Part shown: positions 49,589 through 61,300 of the stretch, piece by piece | Position numbering within the stretch: the stretch's first letter is position 1 | Layout of the letters: every line of letters begins with the position of its first letter | DNA from: Ranitomeya imitator | Lineage: Eukaryota | Direction: 5' to 3' | NCBI RefSeq assembly: GCF_032444005.1 | Contig: NC_091283.1 | Location: forward strand, 823,112,001-823,176,000 | Length of the DNA: 64,000 bases | Notes under the pieces: generated by a model | Databases searched by the model: none | The model's input: only the letters and a program-made list of their open reading frames with translations | Told to the model about the DNA's origin: nothing | Translations under genes and position numbers: made by a program

Positions 49589-52500
49589 ATGCTTTTATTG
49601 AGTCTTCGCTCCAGCCTGTCCCACTGTAGAGTGCAAGCTGTGCGCTTCATTCACTCAAAAGGAGGAAAGGTAAATGCTCGTATGCATTATTACTTCTATG
49701 TTTCTCACCCTGCCACTTAATATATTTGTTCTGCAGGAAGCGTGATGCCAAAATGTTGATTAGTATAAAAATGTGTTCTTGCTATGTGTGTGTGTGTGTG
49801 TGTATCTATAATATAACGCTGGGAGCGTCACTCTGTCCGAAGCCTCTATAGACTGCGCAAGCGCCGGCGCAGTCTGGGCCTCACAGAGCGACGCTCCCGG
49901 GAGATCGCGGTATGCGTAAACACTGAACACACACCGCGATCTCCACCGCAGAAGCAGGGACCGCCAGGAGGGTGAGTATCGGCCTATATTCACCTGTCCC
50001 CGTTCCATCGCTGAGCGGCGTCATCTTCCCGGTCTTCGGCCTGTGACCTTCAGTTCAGAGGGCGCGATGACGCGCTTAATGCGCGCCGGCGCCGCCCTCT
50101 GACTGAACAGTCACAGCCAGGAGACCGGGAAGATGGCGGCGCTCAGCGATGGAACGCCGGACAGGTGAGTATAGTAAGTGCTGGGGGGCCTGAGCTGGCG
50201 GCGATACCGGCACCTGACCCCCACAGCGCGCCGGTGTCCCCGCCTGCTCAGGCCCCCCAGCACTCGGCGCCGAGCGGGTCAGAGGCAGTATGGGGACGCA
50301 GGATGGAGCAGCACATAAGGATGGGGACGCAGGATGGAGCAGCACATAAGGATGGGGACGCAGGATGGAGCAGCACATAAGGATGGGGACGCAGGATGGA
50401 GCAGCACATAAGGATGGGGACGCAGGATGGAGCAGCACATAAGGATGGGGACGCAGGATGGAGCAGCACATAAGGATGGGGACGCAGGATGGAGCAGCAC
50501 ATAAGGATGGGGACGCAGGATGGAGCAGCACATAAGGATGGGGACGCAGGATGGAGCAGCACATAACAGTATGGGGACGCAGGATGGAGCAGCACATAAG
50601 GATGGGGACGCAGGATGGAGCAGCACATAAGGATGGGGACGCAGGATGGAGCAGCACATAACAGTATGGGGACCCAGGATGGAGCAGCACATAAGGATGG
50701 GGACGCAGGATGGAGCAGCACATAACAGTATGGGGACCCAGGATGGAGCAGCACATCAGGATGGGGACGCAGGATGGAGCAGCACATAAGGATGGGGACG
50801 CAGGATGCAGCATGAACATAAGGATGGGGACGCAGGATGCAGCATGAACATAAGGATGGGGACGCAGGATGCAGCATGAACATAAGGATGGGGACGCAGG
50901 ATGCAGCAGCACATAAGGATGAGGATGCAGCATGAACATAAGGATGGGGACGCAGGATGCAGCAGCACATAAGGATGGGGACGCAGGATGCAGCATGAAC
51001 ATAAGGATGGGGACGCAGGATGGGAGCAGCACATAAGGATGGGGACGCAGGATACAGCAGCACATAAGGATGGGGACGCAGGATGGAGCAGCACATAAGG
51101 ATGGGGACGCAGGATGCAGCAGCACATAAGGATGGGGACGCAGGATGCAGCATGAACATAAGGATAGGGACGCAGGATGCAGCATGAACATAAGGATGGG
51201 GACGCAGGATGCAGCAGCACATAAGGATGGGGACGCAGGATGCAGCAGCACATAAGGATGGGGACGCAGGATGCAGCAGCACATAAGGATGGGGACGCAG
51301 GATGGAGCAGCACATAAGGATGGGGACGCAGGATGGAGCAGCACATAAGGATGGGGACGCAGGATGGAGCAGCACATAAGGATGGGGACGCAGGATGGAG
51401 CAGCACATGACAGGATGGGGACGCAGGATGGAGCAGCACATACCAGGATGGAGACAATATACCAATATAAATGCTCGCCACCCGGGCGTAGAACGGGTTC
51501 AATAGCTAGTATATGTATATCAGTGTCACATATAAGGTCTTTTGCTGTGAGCCAAATGAACCTCCAGAGGAGATTAGCTGGCATGTAGGGTTCATTTCAC
51601 CCCCCAATAGTCATGTCAGTCCTTCTCTGCTCTGCTGCCATTGGTAACAGCTCCAGCAGTCCTAGCAGCAGCTCTCCTCTTCCCCAGTAGTCCTAGCAGC
51701 CCCTCCACACTCTCCCATTAGCCATAGTGGCGATCACTGGCCTAATTGGAAGCAGGAGTTTATCTTTGTAACACAGCACGATTTAACATTCTGCGCTTCA
51801 CCTCTCTGTCCAATACTAAATGTAATGTGTCAGACTGGGGTACAGCGGGGGCCCACCAGAGGAAATAATTCTTTAGGCTCTGCCCCAATTTGCAATTTTA
51901 TGCATGGACCCCCTTCAGGCTACATTCTCACTGCACATATTCACTGATTTAAAGTGCTGGGAGGTCGTACATTTCACTCTTGCATGGTAAAACTTGCATG
52001 AAATAAATTGACATGTTGCGGATGTCAAACTCGCAGCTCCTGTAAATTTACGCTGCGGATGTTTTTGCAGCATGTGCGTGAGATTTCTTAAAATTTCATA
52101 CGCTCTGCTGGATTCTCCGCAAGGAAATACACAGTGGAAAGTTCTCTTTTCTTCTACTCTTTACTCTGTACATGGGTCATGCCATCAGTAATAACGCAAG
52201 AGGCCCTCTCTGCCTTGTGGCCGTGCTTACTGCCTGCAGATGACCGTCCTCTGTGTTTTATTAGAGCCCCAGCATTCAGTGGAAGCAAACGGTGCAGAGA
52301 AGATGGGACAGCAGCGCCGTGTCAGAAGTGGGCTCTCAGTCCAGAGCTGCAGTGGGATCTGGACCGAACTCCGCCGCCGAACGTGTCATGGGCCGTTGGC
52401 TTCTTGCTTGCAGCGGTATGGTCGCCGGAGCTGTGATCCTCGGGGGAGTAACTAGGTAAGTGCCATTATAAGGTCCCAGAATACAGGAGCCCAGCAGTCA

Positions 52501-55500
52501 GTGTGCACACAGCGGGGAGATTTCTCCAGCTTATGCTGAGCGTGCAGGGTGGTCACAGGATGTCTCCACTGAAATATCTTTGAGAATAAAAAAATATATA
52601 TTTAATTAAATATTATATGTAACTTGGCGCAATGTCCGGTGATCACCTTAATGCTTCTTGGGCTCCAGATACATTCAGGAAAGCTGGGTGACAACCCGTG
52701 TGGACACTGTAGTGATATCTGCCCTGGTTGTCATTCGGCTTTCGAAGAAAATGATATTTGTGTTCTTTAAACCAACTGGGAATTGAAATGTTTTCCCACT
52801 TTATGCTCTGAAGGTTGACAGAGTCCGGACTTTCAATGGTCGATTGGCACCTGGTCAAAGAAATGAAACCACCGGGAACGCGGGAAGAATGGGAGGCCGA
52901 ATTTCAGAAATACCAGCAATTCCCAGAATTCAAAATGTAAGACCAGACTACACAGAAACATGTCAGGAATGACTGGCTGCGGAACGACTACGTGGGCTCC
53001 CAGCGAGATACTATTTCCATTTCTCTTGAGACCCATTGACCGCTCATGTAGAGACACCGCTATAGGCAGTGCATCATGAGGGTCCCTGCGACAAGAGGAA
53101 ATAAGTATCCATCATGGAGAATGAGATTAAAGGCTCTGAACCAAAACTAGAAGTGATCAACTCCGATTGCTGGGGGTCCGATTACTGGTTCCCTCTCTAG
53201 TCATGACCATAGAGCAGAGGCCGATCATGTGCTCCATTCATTCCCCTTGGGACCACCAGAAATAGACGAGCAGTGCATGTGGCTGGTCTCCTGCAATCCC
53301 ATTAAGAATGAGTGGACTGGAGGAGCATTCGAGCAGGGCTCTCCAGAACCCTCCAGTGGTCGAACCTCCAGCGATTGGAAGTTACTCCTTATCCAACGGA
53401 TAAGCGATAACCTCCAAACTTTCTTCCACCCCTCCCTTTAAAGGGAGTCTGTCAGCAAAAAAAAATGACAATTCATACCAAGCACAGGCGCTCTGTGCAC
53501 CCGAGATGTGGCATCTTCTCACCTACTTATCTTCCATCTACTGAATCTCCGCTCTTCTCTGACTCTTCTAATGCCAGAGCTGTCTATCAAGGAATATGGC
53601 GGCGGAGGTAGATGGGGAAAAAAGTAAGTGGGAAGGTGCCCTGAACGCCCAAACGCATCTACGGTGCACAGAGCGACTGTGCTTGGTTTGACATCTTCTG
53701 CTGACAGATTTTAAAGGGATTCCAGGAAGAAAAAGTGATTACTAGACAAAACAACAAAATATAAGTATACATTAATATGTGTTGATGTATGTAAATTTAT
53801 GGGAATACAAGTTTTTACTAAGACAGATCTGTCAGGAAAGCGCACTGTATTACACGGCGATACAGATGCAGAGGCAATGATAACGATGCTTTGCTGATAT
53901 TGTGCAGAGCTCTTATTCCAGTGAATGGGACCCTTGCATTGTATTGTTAAAATTGTATCATAGGAGCATCTTTGTTTATGGCCGGCTCTGTCTAATCGCT
54001 CAGCTGACGCACTTCTCTTATCTAAATATACATTCTAATTTTTTTTATCGCTTTTTTACCTTCAGTCTAAATCACAACATGACCCTGAATGAGTTCAAGT
54101 TCATCTGGTACATGGAGTACTCCCATCGTATGTGGGGCCGGGCGGTCGGCCTGGCTTACATCCTGCCCGCCGTTTACTTCTGGAGGAAGGGATGGTTTAC
54201 CCGGAGGATGAAGGGAACCGTGCTGGGTCTGTGCGGATTTGTTTGCTTCCAGGTAAAAGACTGAATGAAGGAGAAGGGATAAAGGAATGGCTGCCTTCCC
54301 GGGGCAGAGATTTATAACATCATGTTTTATCGATCTGTCTCTTTCCAGGGGCTGCTGGGCTGGTACATGGTGAAGAGTGGATTAGAAGAGAAGCCGGATT
54401 CCTACGACGTGCCCCGTGTCAGTCAGTACCGCCTGGCCGCACATTTAGGTTCCGCTCTCGTTCTCTATTGTGCGAGTCTTTGGACGGGATTATCTCTTCT
54501 TCTGCCCAGACATAAGGTATTCTTGTGATAATATTCGCTGTCTGAAAGTTTTATTTATTTATTTTTTTCCTATACACAAACTGAAATGTGCACCCTGCCC
54601 GATAATCGGAGATTATGAGATTCTTTTCTGGACCTAAAATGATAAGAAACAGCTATTTGTTAGGTTACTGATCTTCTACCTGCCTCATGCCGGGGGCTGC
54701 AGGAAGAGCTGGGAGATGAAATCTTACAACATTTGGGAACTACTTCTATAGGTCATTAGGTAAAGAGAAATCCAGCATCTGGAAAATCCATAAATTCACT
54801 TTATTAGATCCATGTAAAAACAGAATGTCACATGAAATGATGAAAGACCTGCCGGTCTGAAACGCGTTTGCCAATCCGTTATCCCCCAATGGGATTCTGA
54901 CATTTTTCGACATTCTGTTTTTACATGGAATCTAATAAAGTGAATGATTTTCTGGATGCTGAATTTCTTTTTACCTGATTGCATTTTCCCTGTGGCAGTA
55001 CTGGTTTCCGTGCATCGGATCTCCAAGCGGGTGAGCTGACTATTTTTTTTTCATTTTTTGCCGCACTTCTGTTGCTCATTCCCTGATTTATCAAGCTGCG
55101 TTTTTTTTGTTTTTTTTGTTGCTTGATTGAAATTAAGAGGTGAAGATTTATCCTGTTATTTTTGCTATAATGATCACATTTTCTTTTTTTTTTCCTTAAA
55201 CAGTTAATTGAAACGAGTCAGCTGCTGAAGTTGAGGAAGTTCACCCACTGGACGGCGGGTCTCGTCTTCCTTACCGCGCTCTCAGGTACTGCTCATATAA
55301 AGTGTGTACCAAGTTTAGTAATTTAAGAAAGGAAACTTGTCTGGTGATTCTTGCCACCAGCCATGGGCAGCATAAATCGGGGATGGGCTTCCTCTTGTCG
55401 GGTAGCGGAGCTTCTCCCAGCCCGGCTCACCTTGTCTGACCGGTCTCTCCCTAGTCACAGACACCTGTAAATCTAGAAAAAATGTCAGCTCTGATGACCA

Positions 55501-58500
55501 CGGCCGTGCTAGAGAAAAGTATCCCAGGAAACTTCCAGAGAAGACTGTCTGCGGTGCACGCATGTATGTACTGGTCTGGCTGTTAGGTCAAAAAGCTCTC
55601 AATGGTCCAAAAGAGGGATGTTCTCCAGTATGTTTAAGGGTTTTTCTACCTGAAACGCGTTAGTATTATGTTTTTTTTTTTTTTTATATGTGCACATTCT
55701 GCCAATTTTTTTTATCTTATATGATTAACAGCTAAGTTTGAACTGCTTTACGTTGGTGCTGGAGAACATCACCTTTTTATACCATTGAGACCTGTTAGTC
55801 TGGACGTCTGGTCTCCCCATTCAGAAGTAGGAAAATGTTTTGTGGCATCAGCTGTTATACGTTCATGTGACTCCATTGTCCATAGATTATGCAATCTGAA
55901 AGGCTGTGTGCACCACATAATTATTTTAATTTGTTTCTTAAATGCAAAATTAAGCTAATTTCTATGTACTTTTCAGTAAAGATTTTCTACCATTTTGCTG
56001 CTGCAGAGCATCTGTAAGCTCCGCTGAGAGCTCTGCAGAAATATCAGAAACCCGCCAGAGCTATCTCCTGCCCCTGACGGCCTTCTTTGCTGTATCCCCT
56101 CCTATCTCTGTTAGACTTAGCTGCAGGGAGATGAAGGAGGTGGTTGGACATAGATCAGCAGTGGAGAGGGGAGAAAGTATGTAAAGTTCTATGGAAAGCA
56201 GATAAATCAGACTGTAGTCATTTAGGAAAACAAATAGGAAATAAGTGTGGGATAGAAGCTGTGCTAATATGAGATAATGCAGACAGCAGCACCCTGGATA
56301 CAGACAAGAGCTCACATTCAGCCTATATTCCTGGGAGAGACATTCCCAAAAGAGAAAAATGTGACCCTTGCAAACTGCAGATCATGGGGGTCTGAAAATG
56401 AATGAAGCAATGAAGATTGCAGTGCAATTCACGAAGTACATAAGTACATGTAAAAATATTTTTTTTTCCTTGTCAACATGAACTGTCCTTCATCAAAGTG
56501 CTCTAAGCCTAAAAAATGTATGAGCACGCCACTGAGCTGCCACGTTTTATAGGCATTGTCGGTGATGGATATGACAGATTTGTAGCTTACTTGACTTTTT
56601 ATGTAAATCTGAGTGAGGTCTATACGGTACATCTACAGTATATAGTGTCCGTACAGATCATCGTGGGTAATATGCAATATATGGTCTTATTCTATCTCTG
56701 ACTACAGGAGCCTTTGTGGCCGGACTGGATGCCGGACTCGTTTACAATTCCTTTCCTAAGATGGGGGAGCGTTGGATCCCGGATGATCTTCTTGCTTTCT
56801 CTCCAACCCTGAGAAACATCTTTGAGAATCCAACAACCGTACAATTCGATCACCGCATCCTTGTAAGTCATTAACGGTGTTAACACTTGAATCTATCCCA
56901 TGCACACTCACAAGCTGTCAATCATTCATGAGGACCGCCCACTGGACTCATAAGCCCACAGTCAGCCAGGATTTAAATCAATGAATTGTTTCTCTTTTTT
57001 TTTTTTTTTTTCAGACTATTTACTGTATAATAGTATCCCACCCAGTGCCTGACAGGCATAATACCAGGAATATATAGTGATGTACATGGATGATCCGGGG
57101 GCCATTGTTAGACCCAAATACAGCAGCACCAATCAGCTTAGGAGCGTTCTCGCTCTATATCAGGTGCTGTGTTTGATTGCAGCATCTAAGGAGTTAAACG
57201 TGGCAAGTAGTGGCATGTTGTCTGTATAACGTCTGCACATGGTGGATGGAGGACAGCTCCTACTATGGCCGCTCATATTATAAGCATATAATTACGTGCT
57301 GAAGCTCAGGAATGGTTAAATGCAGTATATAATGGGGAGGAATACTGGGAGATGCATATCTGTGCCTTCTAGAGATGTGAGAAAAAAATTTGCTGGACCC
57401 AGTGGAGCAGCTCTGTGGCCGCTGGACGGGAGTCCTACGAACTGCCTCCTGCCTGCCGGCATCTGCGGCTCCTCTTTAGATTTTCTGGCTGACGTCATCG
57501 TTCCAGTGTGACCTATAAACTTTTTATCTCCGGTCCGGTTAATTAATAGGGTAGCCGTGGATGACGGCGGGTCGGAGACTGTTTGTAGGCCTCCCGTCCA
57601 GCTGCGACAGAAGACCTGGCTCCTGTAAATGGATTCGCTCATCTCTATTGTTTACACACAAATATTTCATGTATTTACTTCACTTTCATGTCGGTTTTCT
57701 GCATATTGTTTTATTGCTATTTTTTTTATATCTTTGTTTTTAGGGGATCAGCTCAGTAGCGGCCATCACTGGCTTATATTACTATTCCCGAAAGATTCCT
57801 CTGCCTCGAAGGGCAAGACTCGCTGTGAACTCTCTCATCGCTGTGGCCTATTTGCAGGTAGCGTACGACATTGCCGATTATTCCTACTGTGGACCGGTGT
57901 TAGGGCATTTTAGGAAAGGCGAAGACTCGCCGTCATCTATAGACATTTAGATATCCGTTTTTAGGCTAAAAATCCCATTAGTTATCGCTGTTAACCCCTT
58001 CACACTGCGGCTTGTAACGAATCACACCATTTACTATACTGAAAAATATGGAAAAAAAATGGAGGCATTGAAATGGTGGGGGGCAATGAGAGCCCTTAAG
58101 GACATCTGGGCCGTATCTCGCTCCTTTTAACCCCTTCATGACCGGGGGATTTTTTGTTTTTCCGTGTTCGTTTTTCGCTCCCCTCCTTCCCAGAGCCATA
58201 ACTTTTTTATTTTTCCGTCAATTTGGCCATGTAAGGGCTTATTTTTTGCGGGACGAGTTGTACTTTTGAACGACATCATTGGTTTTAGCATGTCGTGTAC
58301 TAGAAAACGGGAAAAAAATTCCAAGTGCGGTGAAATTGCAAAAAAAGTGCAATCCCACATTGGTTTTTTGTTTGGCTTTTTTGCTAGGTTCACTAAATGC
58401 TAAAAATGACCTGACATTATGATTCTCCAGGTCAGTACGAGTTCATACATTTCAAAAAACCTGATCTGCACATCCAAACATAGACACAGTGTGAACAGGT

Positions 58501-61005
58501 GCTGAACCCAGAGTCGCCAACTCGTATATATTTAAGTAAATAGGGCAGCACACTGCAGCGCCAAAACATGCAAACTTGAAAACACAAAATTTGAACTGCA
58601 TTACTGCACTGAAAATATGAAAAATGAGAGCTTTTAGCGCATAAAAATGGCCAATTTTATGTGTACCTCGTAGCCACGATAAGGCATCTCTCTTATACGA
58701 GGCCCTACGCTTGACCTACCTCTCTGAGAATAAACGTCTCCATCTGAATGGGTACATGTGAAACCTCTCCTTGGACTCAAATTCTCTCTCACTGTGGAGA
58801 CGTTTATTCTCAGAGAGGTAGGTCAAGCGTAGGGCCTCGTATAAGAGAGATGCCTTATCGTGGCTACGAGGTACACATAAAATTGGCCATTTTTATGCGC
58901 TAAAAGCTCTCATTTTTCATATTTTCAGTGCAGTAATGCAGTTCAAATTTTGTGTTTTCAAGTTTGCATGTTTTGGCGCTGCAGTGTGCTGCCCTATTTA
59001 CTTAAATATATACGAGTTGGCGACTCTGGGTTCAGCACCTGTTCACACTGTGTCTATGTTTGGATGTGCAGATCAGGTTTTTTGAAATGTATTCTCTAGC
59101 CTTCTGATCGTGCACTCCCCGCCTCCTAGCTTCAGGTGTTTTAATTATAATAGGTCCAATACCCCTCCACAGTGAGAGAGAATTTGAGTCCAAGGAGAGG
59201 TTTCACATGTACCCATTCAGATGGAGACGTTTATTCTCAGAGAGGTAGGTCAAGCGTAGGGCCTCGTATAAGAGAGATGCCTTATCGTGGCTACGAGGTA
59301 CACATAAAATTGGCCATTTTTATGCGCTAAAAGCTCTCATTTTTCATATTTTCAGTGCAGTAATGCAGTTCAAATTTTGTGTTTTCAAGTTTGCATGTTT
59401 TGGCGCTGCAGTGTGCTGCCCTATTTACTTAAATAAGTACGAGTTCATAGACACCTAACATGACTAGGTTATTTTTTATCTAAGTGGTGAAAAAAAATTC
59501 CAAACTTTGCTAAAAAAAAAAAAATTGCGCCATTTTCCAATACTCGTAACGTCTTCATTTTTCATCATCTGGGGTCGGTTGAGGGCTTATTTTTTGCGTG
59601 CCGAGATGACGTTTTTAATGATAGCATTTCGGTGCAGATACGTTCTTTTGATCGCCCGTTATTGCATTTTAATGCAATGTCGCGGCGACCAAAAAAACGT
59701 AATTCTGGCGTTTCGAGTTTTTTTCCCGCTACGCTGTTTAGCGATCAGGTTAATACTTTTTTTTATTTGATAGATCGGGCGATTCTGAGCGCGGCGATAC
59801 CAAATATGCGTAGATTTGATATTTTTTGTATTGATTTATTTTGATTGGGGCGAAAGGGGGGTGATTTAAACTTTTATGTTTTTTTTTTTATTTTTTTCAC
59901 ATTTTTTTTAAACTTTTTTTTTAAACTTTTGCCATGCTTCAATAGCCTCCATGAGAGGCTAGAAGCAGGCACAACGCGATCACCTCTGCTACATAGCAGC
60001 GATCTGCTGATCGCTGCTATGTAGCAGAATTGCACGTGTGCTGTGAGCGCCGACCACTCGTCGCTCACAGCGACGGGCAATCAGTAACCATAGAGGTCTC
60101 AAGGACCTCTATGGTTACCATTCACAAGCATCGCCGACCCCCGATCATGTGACGGGGGTCGGCGATGACGTCATTTCCGGCCGCCCGGCCGGAAGCGGTA
60201 GTTAAATGCCGCTGTCTGCGTTTGACAGCGGCATTTAACTAGTTAATAGGTGCGGGCAGATCGCGATTCTGCCCGCGCCTATTACGGGCACATGTCAGCT
60301 GTTCAAAACAGCTGACATGTCCCGGCTTTGGTGCGGGCTCACCGCGGAGCCCTGCATCAAAGCAGGGGAGCCGGCATCGGACGGTATAGTACGTCCGATG
60401 CCGGTAAGGGGTTAATACCACTTTAACCTTCGTCAGGCTGCATAATTTTACAACGTTAACAGGCTGCAGAGGTACAATTGTACCTTCATATATATTAGAT
60501 TGAAATTTGGCCAATATATTCTGGATCAAAACTGCAGAGATGTCACGAAATTTCAGCCCTCTACGGCTTTTCGAAAAAAAAAAGTTATTGCAATTTTAAA
60601 ACGGAATAGTTAGAATTGTACCTACTCAGCCGGATGAAGGTTAATACATCGAAAACAGCATTTAAGAGGATAAACGGGAGAGATGGTAATTGGCACCGGT
60701 CACTGTTGTTACAGGCAGATGTCGGCTGTATAGCACAGCCAGCATCTGCAGATTGTGGTTCATTCTCTGCGCCTGAGCCTTCTCCATACCCCTACACCCA
60801 ACGTGTGAGCTACATATACATGGGGGTTAATAGTTTAGGACATATCCTTATAATGTTTCTTCTTTCTTCTCAGGTCACGTTGGGCATCAGCACTCTGCTC
60901 TTGTACGTCCCTACATCTCTAGCTGCTACCCACCAGTCCGGCTCGCTCGCTCTCCTCAGTATGGCTATCTGGCTCATGAACGAACTCCGGCGTCTTCCAA
61001 AGTAG
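49589..61005 (+). CDS. COX15: Heme A synthase COX15, complete, 410 aa from ATG 49589
   Basis: Coding exons 49589-49669, 52265-52455 ([10 protein letters not shown]), 52814-52936 ([11 protein letters not shown]), 54066-54252 (EYSHRMWGR), 54349-54516 ([10 protein letters not shown]), 55204-55285, 56708-56862 ([19 protein letters not shown]), 57744-57857 and 60874-61005 (AATHQSGS...LPK stop). Total 1233 nt, GT-AG throughout. Confidence in the exact start codon is lower than for the rest. Confidence 0.96.
49805..51509 (+). mobile_element. Non-autonomous Helitron carrying a 31-bp minisatellite
   Basis: A|TC 5' end (TCTATAATATAACGCTGGG) and CTAG|T 3' end preceded by a short GC hairpin (CCCG...CGGG). 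No TSD, inserted beside a (TG)n tract. Internal ~85-bp inverted repeat at ~49985-50170 and a GGATGGGGACGCAGGATGGAGCAGCACATAA array at ~50290-51440. Confidence 0.85.
54773..55030 (+). mobile_element. Penelope-like terminal-repeat remnant with inverted 5' part and truncated hammerhead motif
   Basis: ~55-bp inverted repeat (54773-54828 vs 54908-54960) flanking TGATGA-AAGACC-TGCC-GGTCT-GAAACGCGTT, followed by AATAAA and GGTGAG. Confidence 0.55.
58131..60411. mobile_element. Non-autonomous piggyBac-like element (TTAA TSD)
   Basis: TTAA-CCCCTT...AAGGGG-TTAA. The left part is related to the fragment at ~25480-26130. Interrupted at 58448-59435. Confidence 0.8.
58448..59435. mobile_element. Inverted plus tandem insertion of a 427-bp unit (probable Penelope-like or non-autonomous retroelement)
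   Basis: Inverted copy 58448-58799 joined through a 5-bp overlap (TGGAG) to 1.5 head-to-tail copies (period 427 bp, 58795 vs 59222). Flanked by the 14-bp duplication AGTACGAGTTCATA. Confidence 0.75.
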
Positions 61006-61141
61006 CAGCTGAGAAGTGGAAAGATTTTTTTTTTTTCATTTGTAATCATGAAAACATTTTTCAATATGACTATTTATCCACGGTGGAAAAGATTGGTCTT
61101 TTTATTCTTTTCTTTTTATTCTATTTTTTTTTTCCTTTTCT

Positions 61142-61300
61142 AAATAAAGACTATTTGGTCCATAAATGATTTACAGCTGTACATATACTTTTCTTGTTTT
61201 CTTTCTAAAATGTAATGTTTTATTTTTATAGAATTTTTCTTTAAATATATGCATTTTCATGTTATTTGCCAAATCTTTATTGTGTAGAGTCCAAATAAAA
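61142..61300 (+). terminator. Candidate COX15 polyadenylation signals
   Basis: AATAAA hexamers at ~61143 and ~61294, downstream of the stop, in U-rich context. Confidence 0.5.

Noticed and set aside
50076-51584. 502/405/248-aa Cys/Pro/His-rich ORFs resembling metal-binding proteins next to a copper gene
   Set aside because: They are translations of the 31-bp Helitron-internal repeat in all three minus frames.
55490-55530. CTGATGA followed by a small hairpin as a possible intact hammerhead
   Set aside because: GAAA does not directly follow stem II, and no stem I/III pairing is visible.
57744-57857. Apparent frameshift in a COX15 exon suggested by the ORF track ([11 protein letters not shown]...)
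   Set aside because: That ORF is another frame; the exon is 114 nt and reads [38 protein letters not shown] intact.
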